DNA from: Macrostomum lignano
Lineage: Eukaryota
Direction of reading: 5' to 3'
Assembly (NCBI GenBank): GCA_002269645.1
Contig: NIVC01000162.1
Span: 124,001 to 188,000, forward strand
Length of the DNA: 64,000 bases
Below the pieces are notes generated by a model. It ran no database searches, was not told the DNA's origin, and worked only from the letters and a program-made list of their open reading frames with translations. How positions within the stretch are numbered: the stretch's first letter is position 1; the number at the start of each line of letters is the position of its first letter. The position numbers and the translations under genes are program-made. Below, one piece after another: positions 36,071 to 48,287 of the stretch.

Positions 36071-39000
36071 TCATGTCAATTAAAAGTCATATAAAACACG
36101 CACTAGCGAGATAAAATGTGCCACACACTTACAGATTAAATGCAGTTTTCACAACGATGAAAATTTCCAAGCTTTTGAAATTTTGATATGAATAACAATA
36201 ATTGTAGGAGGATTGTGAGCACCCTGTTGCTATGCCTTCGGCAACATTGTCCCACAACTGCAGCGCTGACGGCAGCACTCATACACACGCTCACACAGGG
36301 TGTACAACGGATCTGATTTTCTATCGCGTACAAGCAGAATGTGTATGCGCACCACCGAATCGAAGCACTAATCTTTGTCCTTCAGCAGCTCTTCGCCCGC
36401 TTAATTTCTGCAGTACTGCTCCATGCAGACTGCTCTATAGTACGTGATACGAGCGCTATATACTCTCTCTAGCTGACACAGCAATTTATCCCGATCCTCG
36501 GTTTGCATCCCTCAGCTCATATTCCGCGCGCGTTTCTCTGTGCTCTTGACGGCTCCGCCTACGCCAAAGCCGGCCGACTTGATTTAATTAATTCGAGAAC
36601 CCGTCTCAGATACAGGTATAGGCGCAACACCGGTGTAATTGCCGGAAATATTTTTGGCGCTTAAAACCGAATAGAATTGGATATTTTCGTTTAAAAAACT
36701 CACGGAAATGGTACAGGTTGGCGGTGGCGTCATTTAGTCTTTATCAAGATTGTCTTGCTATGTACATGTACGAGATCTTTAGACTCGCTTGATTTTCCAC
36801 CCTGCGCAATGAGGAAATTTTAATATTAATCTTAGGCCCATAAAGTCCTGTCGTTCACTGCGTTCGCAAATTAAATTATTAAATTTTTTGAAGGCTATCT
36901 TTGAAAAAAATCTATTTTATTGACGTCGTAAAGAAGGCTGTTTTCGCCAAGGATATCCCGAGAATTGATCCCTCCTTCAAGAAAAATATATTACAAGCTA
37001 ATGACTAATTATGCAAAATTTAAAAAATATGAATTGGCATACGGAAACAAAAAAATCTATTGATATAGCTTATAATGTATTTCGATATTGTCTGTAAATC
37101 AATGAGATCAATACAATGTAAAGGACGACTTGAGAAGAAAACAATTAATTAAAAAGCAATTAGGACCATTATACAGAGATTTTGAACCAAATAATGGCAG
37201 CTAGACGACAAAAAATAATAACTGTCAAAAACTATTGGGAGAACAAAGTTGATCGAATCAATTTCTTAAACTCTTTTGACTTTTGGCGCCAAAATTGACA
37301 ATTTACATGCCGCCGGTGAACGAAAATCAAAACTGCATGGCCCGGACAGGTTGACTCAGTAAAAGATACTTAAAAATACATTACTGTATATTGCCCTAAA
37401 CAAGAACCAGAAAAAAACAAAGAAGAAGAAATCCTTAGCTAGCCCACAAAAAATAAGAGAGAAGGGGAGATGGGAACTCGGGTGCGATTCCAAGATCACA
37501 ATCATAACAGAAAAGAAGCGATGTACTTGGTAGTACATGCAATAAGGTTCAACTCTATTGAGACGATTAACTCTTAACCCCCCCCCTGTTCTCCGGTTCC
37601 GTCGCCAAGCTGCCAGTAAGCGTACAAGGACGACGTAAGACCTGCAGTCTGCAGTGAGATCTGCAGTTAATAGGTTAAATTTTGTCAAACGAGAGTTTTT
37701 GTTGCAATTAGCACAGCATTGCTGCGAAACTGATATAGATAATGGTAGTAGTGAATTCTAAAAACTTTTTTGCTCCCTAATTTTTTCTAATTCAACCCGT
37801 CGTTATTGTTTGTTCTACAAAACTGATACATTGATACCATAATTGAAGGCCTATCGCCATCGTTCACTCTGTGTGAGATTTCAACATCGTAAGTAACAAA
37901 GTTCAACGGATTTTTTCTAAGAAAACACATTATATTTAACTGCTTTCTAGACGAAGCGTATAATTAACCTTTCTTGTTACTTTTTATGTTTTCAAACATT
38001 CAGTCTGTGCATTTTATAGTGTCACCACTTTAAGGCTTAAGTGATTAGTAATTATGATGACGAAAAATTAGCCTTATTTCATTATATGTTCATTATGTTC
38101 AATGTGTTCAATATATAAAGAGTGGAGACGGAGTAAAATGACTTATATTGTATATAGTAGGCTATTGCTATTGTACCAAATACCAACCAACCCAATATTG
38201 CAATAAAAACAAATTAAAAATTTTACATTTCATGCTTCATGCTGTTGTAAATTGTGCAGGCCTACTGATATCTATATAAATAATGTATGTATATTATATT
38301 TGTTATATTCCATCTATATTATAATGGCACTGCCGGATCGCGGATCCATAGGCCTAGGCCTAGCCATTAGAAAATGGGTTCTAGTGCTGGAACTCTAGCC
38401 ATTGCCTAAAAAAAGTGCTCACAATGTTAAAATGAATGCCTATGCCTAGATATTCTATAGACTATAGTCTAGATCATAATAGGTGCATGCTTAAACAAAA
38501 ATTAAACAATTACAATTGCATGCCAAAAAATTGAGTGCATTGTGCATGCCCATTCTCACAACTATGCCAGTGTTGCAACAATAAATGACCTTTTCTTATG
38601 TTGTTACAATAAGTAACCTTTTTTGAATTGCATAATGGACCCTTTTTGACATATAATTTTAGGTTGATTTTTCTACTTTTTTAGCAATATTCTTTATTAT
38701 AGCAGAAAATTAGGCCTAATACATGCAAAGATTAGTTTAAATGCTTTATTGCAATTGCAAGCTTAAAAACCTGGAAAGCTTGAAATTTATGCTTAAAATG
38801 AACTTTTTCATCTTTTTTTCTACTTTACAATAACTATTTTGCATTATTCTATAAAGTGCACATTAGGTATGCATGCACATTATTTTCTTAGGAGTGATAT
38901 ATGCCAACTGTGTACTTTTGGCATAAAAGGCCAATGCATGCCCAAATTTTCTTGTGTGTATTATATGATCCAGAGTATAGCCTACAATACAATCATATAT

Positions 39001-39259
39001 GTCTAATAATGATGGACCAAATGTAGATTTTTGCAAGTTTCCAAAACTGAATCTAAATATACAAAAAATTCTAAATCCAAATATCCAAATGTGTTTCTGA
39101 ATATAGACAAAAGTAGAAAGTATATAGTGGGAGTAACTACAATACCTTTCAGTGACAAAAATGCCTCATCATCTAATTTGTAATCATATTAGTGCTATAC
39201 AATAATTTACTGACAAGATTAAATCTAATCTTGGGCTTATACTATATCTATCTAGTATC

Positions 39260-39652
39260 TAGAGGTCAGATAGGATTGAAATCTTCGGGCAGGATCGGGA
39301 TCGGGAATAATTTTTTTCTCGGGATCGGGATCGGGATTTGGGAATCGGGATCAGGTCTTTTAGTGTATTGTCCATGTAAAGTTAAACAAAATTGAGAAAA
39401 GATTGTCAAGATCAAGAAGTAAAACACAACGAAATTGATATGAAGTTTTGTAACCAACAAAGTAAATAATGTAACGAGTACAAGTTAAAGCAAAATACCT
39501 TCAAGTAATCACTAATTCTATAAATTATTAATCGAAAGACCTGTTCCCAAATCTCAAGTTTTTTAGGGTCGGGATTCTGGTCCCGCGGGAATTCAATTTT
39601 CCTCGGGATCCCGAGATTTTGGGATCGGGATCGGGATCCCGTCTGACCTCTA
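39260..39652. mobile_element. hAT-type MITE (TAGAGGTCAGA TIR)
   Basis: 11-bp TIR TAGAGGTCAGA / TCTGACCTCTA; exact 8-bp TSD CTAGTATC (39252-39259, 39653-39660); internal GGGATC repeats. Confidence 0.9.
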
Positions 39653-39874
39653 CTAGTATCTGAATTGAATTAAACTTAGAATTGAACTCAATTCTTATAT
39701 ATATATAATCTAACTAATTCTAATTACTAATACTAACTAACATTACATTTGTGCAATTTGATAACTTTACCTTGTATAACACATATAAAGTTTGTTGCAT
39801 TTGCATTTTGAAAAAAGAGATGATTACACTTAAACAATGGTTACTGCGATTAAATGTTTTTGTAACTTTAGGTT

Positions 39875-40172
39875 CATACATGCGCAACAGTCGGCCGAGT
39901 CGGCCGATCCGGCCGACCGATTTGGCGGCCAACCAAGGAAGTCGCAAAAATGCCCACCCGAAAAAATAATCAAGTAGTAGTACTAAGTAGCTGACGAGGC
40001 ATTTTGGCTTAATAAGACAGTCATAGTTACTCCTGCCGTTTACCCAAAGTTGCGTTAATTTTGCTTTAGGGTTTTTTTACATGTAAGTCGCATTTTTGGC
40101 CAAAAACTACGTCGCATTTTTGTTAAAACTAAGTCGCATGGCCGACCGAATTTCAGAGGTTGCGCATGTATG
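39875..40172. mobile_element. 298-bp MITE of the 7810-14134 hAT family
   Basis: Same 14-bp TIR CATACATGCGCAAC; exact 8-bp TSD TTTAGGTT (39867-39874, 40173-40180); aligns along its whole length with 13870-14134. Confidence 0.95.
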
Positions 40173-41028
40173 TTTAGGTTGAATGCCTCAAAGGTCCTGA
40201 AGTTAAATTACTTTACTTATTCATACCTTTTTTAAACATTACTGCAAAAACAGACAATTGTATAAAAACAAACAATATTACATTAAATTTTGCATTCTTG
40301 TTTTTTAATTTACTTTCTTTTTTCAAAAGTTGTATTTCTTTTATGTTTGTATAATTTTGTTTTGGCTTTTTGATTTTTTCATATTTGGAAGCACATTCGG
40401 AAATTCAGAAAATAAAATTTCCAAATCCAAAGCATTCAGATTTCTAAAAAAGTGAGACATTTTTTGGATTCGGATTCCAAATCTGAATATTCAGATCCAT
40501 CACTAATGCCCAACCTTAAAATTTCACCTATCCGGTGCAACTTAGTTTTGTCTAGATTAGTGACTTAGTTTCTCCTAATCACAACTTAGTTCCTCTCAAT
40601 TGCAACTTAGTTCCCCCAATTACAACTTAATTTTCACTTTGTATAAGACTTTTTTATTGCCTTTTTCTATTTTCTTCTCTTTCCTCTTTCCCTCTCTTTT
40701 CCCTTCCTTCTTTTTCTTTTTTCTTCTCCTTCCTTTCTTCCCCCAATTTTTCATTTTTTGCATTTTTAAATTTGCAAATTACATTGGCCAGTAGCCATTT
40801 CACTCGTCTAGTTTAGATGGGTCAGATGAGTGTTGGGCATGTATGAAAACAGTGCCAAAATGAGTGTATCTATAAAGCCTTTTTGAAACATACCTTATTA
40901 AAATGTTTTTTTTTCTATTTTGGTTTCTTTGTTTTTTTATTATTTATGTAAGTTTTTCCCTTTTCTTTATTTTTTTCTATGTTTAATCTGTCTATAATTT
41001 TTATTGCTTTTGTCTTATGTTCTATTAT

Positions 41029-41668
41029 TAGTGTTCTGCTGTAAGGAAGGTCCATGTACCATAGCTGTAGCTGTAAGCAAAACTAAAGCCGTTTCCAATT
41101 CTCTGTATTCCGTAGCCATAGAGACCCCAATATTACCATATTCCCATAATTGTCGTAGCCTTAGTTTTAACAAAAAAGTCTAGAAAACAAAATATTTTGA
41201 ATCAAGAAGATAACCTAGTGCTTAAACAACTGCAAATAAAGTTAGAAAATAAAAGAAACACTTGATTGCCTTTGTAAGATTATCTTTTGTCTTTTTTTCA
41301 GAGCAACAATACTTAATTGTTACTGAAAGTACTAATGCTGAACTTTTTTCACATTAATAAAAATTATAGTTTGCTAGTGTTTAATTGTACTTTATTAGGT
41401 ATGTTTTAAAAGTTTCTAAGTTGATAATACAGTTTACTAAAAGTATCTTTGTTTTACTCTACCTGTTTCTAATAATTTTTCAATTTTTTAACATTAATAA
41501 CTACAGCTACAGGAATCTACGGAATGTGACAACAACTACCATATTTCCGTAGTCATAGCCATAAGAGCAGCTAGCTTCTGTAGGCGTATCCGTAGCTGCT
41601 GTAGGCACCTATTTTACCATATTTGCCGTAGGATCCCATAGCTGTAGCTATGGCTATGGCGGAACACT
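41029..41668. mobile_element. Probable older MITE (TAGTGTTC TIR)
   Basis: TAGTGTTCTGC / GCGGAACACTA ends, internal GCTGTAGC/CCGTAG repeats, flanks TCTATTAT / CCTATTTT (6/8). Confidence 0.5.
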
Positions 41669-42461
41669 ACCTATTTTAACCTTTGGGACTTGTTTGATTG
41701 GTTTTGTAACATACCTACTTTGGCCTCCTTGTTACTTAGATTGGCTTGGTGATCCAGACTAGATATTATATTTAAAGCCTTTAAGTTACTAGATAATTAA
41801 CAAAGCTAGCTAAAACTAAAGCCACCTTTATTATTTCTGTCTGTTATCTATAGACTATAAGGTTAGATTCTTTTTTAGGGAATTTATGCTACTAGGCAAA
41901 TTATATTATATTATATTTAATATAAAGTGTATAATGTCTCTTCATGTATCTGAGCAATGCATTATGTTGTCTTTAGTGGAAGTAGAATCTGCTTTCAAAG
42001 GCTCTACTCTAATGCTATATTAAGGTAAGCATTTTGCTAATATATATTCATATATATATATATATATAGTTTCAACTTTCAATATGTTAAATTGAAATGA
42101 ATATTCACTTAGAAGAAAGTTGCTTTCTAGTTTTGGTATTAATAGTTTTTTATTGTTTTAATGTAGTAAGTATTTTATTAAATAACTGATCACTAGCACC
42201 TGGCTACACACTGGAGCACTGGCACCTAGATACACACACTGAGCATTGGTACCTAGATACACACACTAGTCACTGGCACCTGGATACACACACGGATCAC
42301 TGGCACCTGGATACACACTTTAAGCATTGGTACCTGAATACACACACTAAGCACTGGCACCTGGATGGATACACACACTGAGTACCGACCCCTCTAGTTC
42401 GTTATTAATATTAATCGCGAGTTTATTAAGAGTTGGCATATTCATCCTGCCCCACCGAAAG

Positions 42462-45400
42462 CCGGCAGGCTGCCTGCATCAGCCAGGCGGCGTCATCAGA
42501 GCGCTGGCAATGGCACCAGCAGCAGCGGCTCCGGCATCAGCAACCATTACTGTTGAATCGCGCGCAGCATCCAATACAGTCGCAGCTGGCATCTGTACTG
42601 CTGATCCGCGGCCTGCACTCGAGCTGCTGTCATCGCACTGGCGATGAGATCAAAAACAAGCCGCCGCCGCCGGCTTCGCCGCCAGCAAAGACGCAGTCGC
42701 AGCCGCCGACGGCTCGGCCGTCACTGCCTGCCCGAATCTGGCACGAGATTCTGCACTATTGGAACGGCTTCCGCCTGCTAGCCTTGGAGACTCGGATCGC
42801 CCTGCGAATCAGCTTGAAGTACATGCGCGGCGCCACCATCTCTAGACGGGAGCGGCGCCACTTGGTTCGCACAGTGGCCGACTTGTTCAGAATGGTGCCC
42901 TTCTTGTTCTTCATTGTAATCCCGTTCATGGAGTTCCTGCTGCCATTCTATCTTAAATTCATGCCATTCATGCTGCCGAGCACGTTCAAGGAGAAGGACA
43001 AGGAGGCTGAGAAGTTGCGCATTAAGCTCAAGGCCAAGCTGGAGACGGCCAAGTTTCTGCAGGAGACTCTTTATGAAGGCTTTCAAGCGAAGACTACGGT
43101 AAAGCGAGCAGGGCTTGCCACTCTTATAGATTGTCCAGAACCCCATCGTCACTCATACTCTTGGTCACAGCCCCTAATCACAGTCACCAGTCACAACCCC
43201 CAGTCAGTCCCACAATCACAGTCCCCAGTCACAGGCCCCTATCACAGTCCCCAGTCACAGGCCCCTATCACAATCCCCAGTCACAGGCCCCTATCACAGT
43301 CCCCAGTCACAGCCCCCAATCACAGTCACCTATCACAGTCCCCAGTCGCAGTCTTCAGTCCCAGTTTACAGTCACAGTCACACCTTCCGTCACAATACTT
43401 AGTTCCAGTAATAGTCCCAGTAATGATTCTCAGTGACCGTCCATCACAGCCCCAGTCACAGTCCTAGTCCTCAGTCACTGTCAGTCACAGTCCTAGTCCT
43501 CAGTCACAACCAGTAAAACCCCAACTGTCGCCCAACCAGGACAAGTCCAATCGCGAAGCCCTGGCCGATTTTCGCCGCTTCATGCAAAAGTGCACAACGG
43601 CGAGTCGCTATGCAACTACAGACGAGCTGCTGCGCTTCTCCGCCCTATTTGCCGACGAGTTGACGCTCGACAATCTCGAACGGCCACAGCTGATGGCCAT
43701 CTGCAAACTGTTGGACATGGCCGCCGTCGGGTCCAAAGCCATGATCCTGCTGCAGCTGGAGCTGCGGCTCCGTCAGCTGCACACTGACGATTTGATGATT
43801 CGCGACGAGGGCGTCGACCGACTGAACGTGACGGAGTTGCAGGCCGCCTGTCGGGCCCGCGGCATGCCGGCTCTGGGCGTGTCCGAGGATCGGCTGAGGG
43901 AGCAGCTGAGCCAGTGGCTTGATCTGCACCTGGTGCACAGCGTGCCGGTCTCCCTGCTGCTGCTGTCCAGGCTGCTGCACTTCCCCGACAGTGTCGATGC
44001 AGAGGAGAGGCTGCGCAAGGTGATTGGCAGCCTGCCAGAGCAGGCGATTCGCTCCGCCGAGGCGTCCAGCTCCGAGGCCGACAGCCGCACCCGATTGGAG
44101 GCGTTGAAGAGCCGTGACCGGGCAATCCGCTCCGAGGAGGCCGAGATTAAGAAGACGCAGAAGCAGAAGAAAAAGCATCAACAGGAAGAGGTGGCGGATG
44201 TGCTCACGACTGCTGACTCTGCCGAGAGGCTGCGCGATCCGGCCGAGGCGGCTGGAGCGACCACTGGCCGGTCAGCGACAGCCGCCGGCGACGCCGCGTC
44301 TGACGGAGCCGACATTGACGTCGGCGCCGCGGATCTACAAGCGCTAGAGTCGGCCATCGACGAGGTGTCGGCAAAAGCGCTGGACGAGGAGGAGATTCGC
44401 GAACTGAAGGAGGAGCTGAGCGAGTACTTCAGCGGCCTGGCCGACGCCCCCATCGTCGGCGACGTCAGAAGGGAGCGAAGCAAGGAAGAGAAACGGGTGG
44501 GTGATGCTTTTGGGCTCTGGAGTGACCCGGAGTGACCTTTTGTGCTCTGCATTGACCCGGAGTGATCTTTTATGCTCTGGATTGACCCGGAGTGACCTTT
44601 TAGGCTTTAGATTGACCCGTGGTGACCTTTTGGGCTCTGTATTAACCAGAGTGACCTTTTAGGCTCTTGATTGACCCAGAGTGACCTTGATTGAGCCAGA
44701 GTGACCTTCTAGGCTCTTTATTGACTTGAAGTGATATTTTGGGCGCTGGATTGACCCAAAGTGCCCTTTTCGGCTCTTAGTTGACCCAGAGTGACCTTTT
44801 ACGCACTCATGCAAACGCTCACTCAGGGTCAGGCGTGTATACACTGTACATTGGGGGTTGGCCCTCATGCATGTGGATTTAGTGTAGCCGCTGCTTTGCT
44901 CAATCCAAAGTTGTGCCTTTAATCTCTGCCGCACCGCACAGGCCGCTAAGCTGCTGTCAGCCAAGGTGGACAGGCTTCTGCATGAGATGGACGGCATGTT
45001 TGACAAGGTCTACTCAGAGAAGGAGGCCCTTGAGCGGCGGCTGCACAAGGCCGAGCGAGACCAGGCGGAGCTCAGCAACGACGCCGCCGAATCCTCGGTC
45101 GACGACGCCACGGACATGGAGCGGCAGCTAGCGAAGCAGATCGCCAAGCACCGCGAGCAGGTGCTGTCAATGAACGACATTTTATTGGCCCTGCGCCGGC
45201 TGCAGAAAATGCCTGACGACGACAAATGGGAGCGAATACTGCAGGTGCTCGACGAGGACAAGGATGGCAAAATCGAGGTGCAACACGTTGTCAAGGTGAG
45301 GCCCGAAGCTCTGACTGGAGGTCGAGTTACTTTAACTAAAAAATTCAGTTCGAGGCACAAGTTTGAAACCAAAGTGCCAGTTTGAAACCAAAGTGCCAGT

Positions 45401-46396
45401 TTGAAACCAAAGTGCCAGTTTGAAACCAAAGTGCCAGTTTGAAACCAAAGTGCCAGTTTGAAACCAAAGTGCCAGTTTGAAACCAAAGTGCCATTTTGAA
45501 ACCAAAGTGCCAGTTTGAAACCAAAGTACCATTTTGAAACCAAAGTGCCAGTTTGAAACCAAAGTGCCAGTATGAAACCAAAGTGCCATTTTAAAACCAA
45601 AGTGCTAGTTTGAAACCAAAGTGCCATTTTGAAACCAAAGTGCCAGTTTGAGACCAAAGTACCAGTTTGAACTCAAAGTGCCAGTTTGAAACCAAAGTGC
45701 CATTTTGAAACCAAAGTGCCAGCTTGAAACCAAAGTACCAGTTTGAACTCAAAGTGCCAGTTTAAAACCAAAGTGCCATTTTGAAACCAAAGTGCCAGTT
45801 TGAAACCAAAGTGCCAGTTTGAAACCAAAGTGCCATTTTGAAACCAAAGTGCCAGCTTGAAACCAAAGTACCAGTTTGAACTCAAAGTGCCAGTTTAAAA
45901 CCAAAGTGCCATTTTGAAACCAAAGTGCCAGTTTGAAACCAAAGTGCCAGTTTGAAACCAAATTGCCAGTTTGAAACCAAAGTGCCAGTTTGAAACCAAA
46001 GTGCCAGTTTGGTCAAGTGCCATTTTAAAACCAAAGTGCCAGTTTGAAACCAAAATGCCAGTTTAAAACCAAAGTGCCAGTTTGAAACCAAAGTGCCAGT
46101 TTGAAACCAAAGTGCCAGTTTGAAACCAAAGTGCCAGTTTGATACCAAAGTGCCAGTTTGAAACCAAAGTGCCATTTTGAAACCAAAGTGCTGGACCCAA
46201 CAGGGTCAAACTGTTTCCCTATGCTCCAGCTTGTACTTTCTCATTCCAACAGGTGATCGAACTGCTGGGCTCTGAGAATCTTCGATTGAGCTCGCGAGAC
46301 CTCACGAAACTGCTGGAAACCCTGGACAAGGAGAAGCTGCTGTCCCTCAAGGGCAAGGACAAGGACAAGGACCCCGGTCGGAAGCTGTTGGATTAG
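42462..46396 (+). CDS. LETM1: LETM1, mitochondrial inner-membrane cation/proton exchanger with EF-hand; 5' exon not located
   Basis: Exons about 42462-43098, 43540-44496, 44942-45295, 46253-46396 in frame (phase 0). Motifs HEILHYWNGFRLL, RRERRHLVRTVADLFRMVPFLFFIVIPFMEFLLP, DELTLDNLERPQL, ELQAACRARGM and EF-hand DEDKDGKIE. Confidence 0.95.
43160..43510. repeat. Degenerate CAGTCAC/CAGTCCC minisatellite in LETM1 intron
   Basis: Explains the QSP/PSH tail of ORF 42433-43467. Confidence 0.85.
44520..44800. repeat. About 31-bp degenerate minisatellite (TTGACCCGGAGTGACCTTTT..) in LETM1 intron
   Basis: Tandem copies begin about 20 nt after the donor at 44497. Confidence 0.85.
45358..46192. repeat. 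19-bp minisatellite (TTTGAAACCAAAGTGCCAG) in LETM1 intron
   Basis: About 44 tandem copies by length. Confidence 0.97.
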
Positions 46397-46887
46397 ATGG
46401 TTCAGTTCTGCTGTAGCAATTTAACCTAATTAATGCCTATTTATAAACCTTCATTTACTTTTCTAAGCCTGGTTTCTTTTTGAATGGCGAATTTATCCGA
46501 TCGGTAGGTCTGCCTGTTCCTGATATCATGATTTTTTAATTAGTATTTTCTATCAACTATCTTGAATTGAAATTGAATGATTTCACTGAAACATCTTGTA
46601 GGAGCACTGCCTCCTATACCTACTACTTACCTGTTGATTAAGGCCGCCTAGTTTAGTCCAGATAATCTCTTCTAATCCCCTACTTCTTTTTACTAATAGT
46701 AGTAAGATATAATTCGACTTATAATTTAATTTAGGCATTGATTTTTAGTCGATTTGCCCACCTCACCATCGTGGTATTTTATGTTGACTTTTTTAAAAGC
46801 TTTCTTTTACGTGCAGTGTAGGGGGGTTGCTGTGTCCAAAATTTAAATTTATTGTTGAGCAGTAGTTTATTGGGATATTCTCTTCTC

Positions 46888-47338
46888 TCGTATTCGGGTC
46901 CTGTCCATAGTTGGTATGTACTATTCGTATTCGGGTCCTGTCCATAGTTGGTATGTACTATTCGTACTCGGGTCCTGTCCATAGTTGGTATGTACTATTC
47001 GTATTCGGGTCCTGTCCATAGTTGGTATGTACTATTCGTATTCGGGTCCTGTCCATAGTTGGTATGTACTATTCGTACTCGGGTCCTGTCCATAGTTGGT
47101 ATGTACTATTCGTATTCGGGTCCTGTCCATAGTTGGTATGTACTATTCGTATTCGGGTCCTGTCCATAGTTGGTATGTACCATTCGTATTCGGGTCCTGT
47201 CCATAGTTGGTATGTACCATTCGTATTCGGGTCCTGTCCATAGTTGGTATGTACCATTCGTATTCGGGTCCTGTCCATAGTTGGTATGTACCATTCGTAT
47301 TCGGGTCCTGTCCATAGTTGGTATGTACCATTCGTATT
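46888..47338. repeat. 37-bp minisatellite (TATTCGTATTCGGGTCCTGTCCATAGTTGGTATGTAC)
   Basis: About 12 near-identical copies. Confidence 0.97.
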
Positions 47339-48287
47339 TGAACATTAAATTAATACTTTAAAGCTTAATTATGCGACCGTTTCTTACCTAGCTTTTGCTA
47401 GCTAATTTTTTTAACAAACATCTCTTTGTAATTGTTAACCTGTTCGTCCTATGCGAAATGGTCTCAGGGTTTAGGTTATAAAAAATCAATTTTAGGTTCA
47501 TCGGACGATTGAACTGCCAAAAAATGAAACTGGCTCTTTCGAATCTAGTATCCTTTTGACTGGCAGGTCTTACAGTATCTCAAGAGGTGAGCATTCGTTT
47601 TGAGTCCCTGTCTCTTGGGCATATCTAGAGAGTTAAAACTTCCTTTCCCAGCTACCTTGTACCTGCAGACTCGATATTGTCTAACCTGTGCTGTATGGCC
47701 AGCATATCTGCGGGTCTCAAGCTGAACTGAGATCTGTCGTTAATGCTTTTTTAGCTCCGTTTGACTTCCTTTCTAAGAGTTGATTAAAATTGTACATGTA
47801 TCGCGTACACACAGAACCTATCGTAGCCGACAATTATTACTGTAAGTAGTACTCTTCAATTTGTGCTCGTAATTGGCCACTATAATTTCTGAATTGTTTT
47901 CCAAATACACAAATGCGAGACTGATTGATGGTTGAATTTGTGTTATCGAATGTCCGAACAAGGGGAGAGGGCGTGCTTTAAAATTTTCAAATAAAAGTAG
48001 AGGCTTGCTAAAGTAAAACAAACGCAGTAAAACAATCGTCTTTTGTTATTATTTAATTTTTGAACTTAGGTTTTTTGTTAGATTATTTCCAAGTAATTTC
48101 GTTAAGAAAACGCTTCGCACCCAGTGCTGATAAAGAAGTGCTTTGTAATAAGGTTTAATTTACGTGTAAGATTTTTGTGTGCAATATATAATGTGCTCCT
48201 GCCAAACCCGTGTTCAGTAGTATGTTTAATGTTTGCTGTCAATTGTCATCTTGTCATCTCTTGTCATCTTGTCAGCAGCAGACAGGC

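Noticed and set aside
43616-44552. Minus-strand ORFs of 105-178 aa
   Set aside because: Antisense shadows of LETM1 exons.
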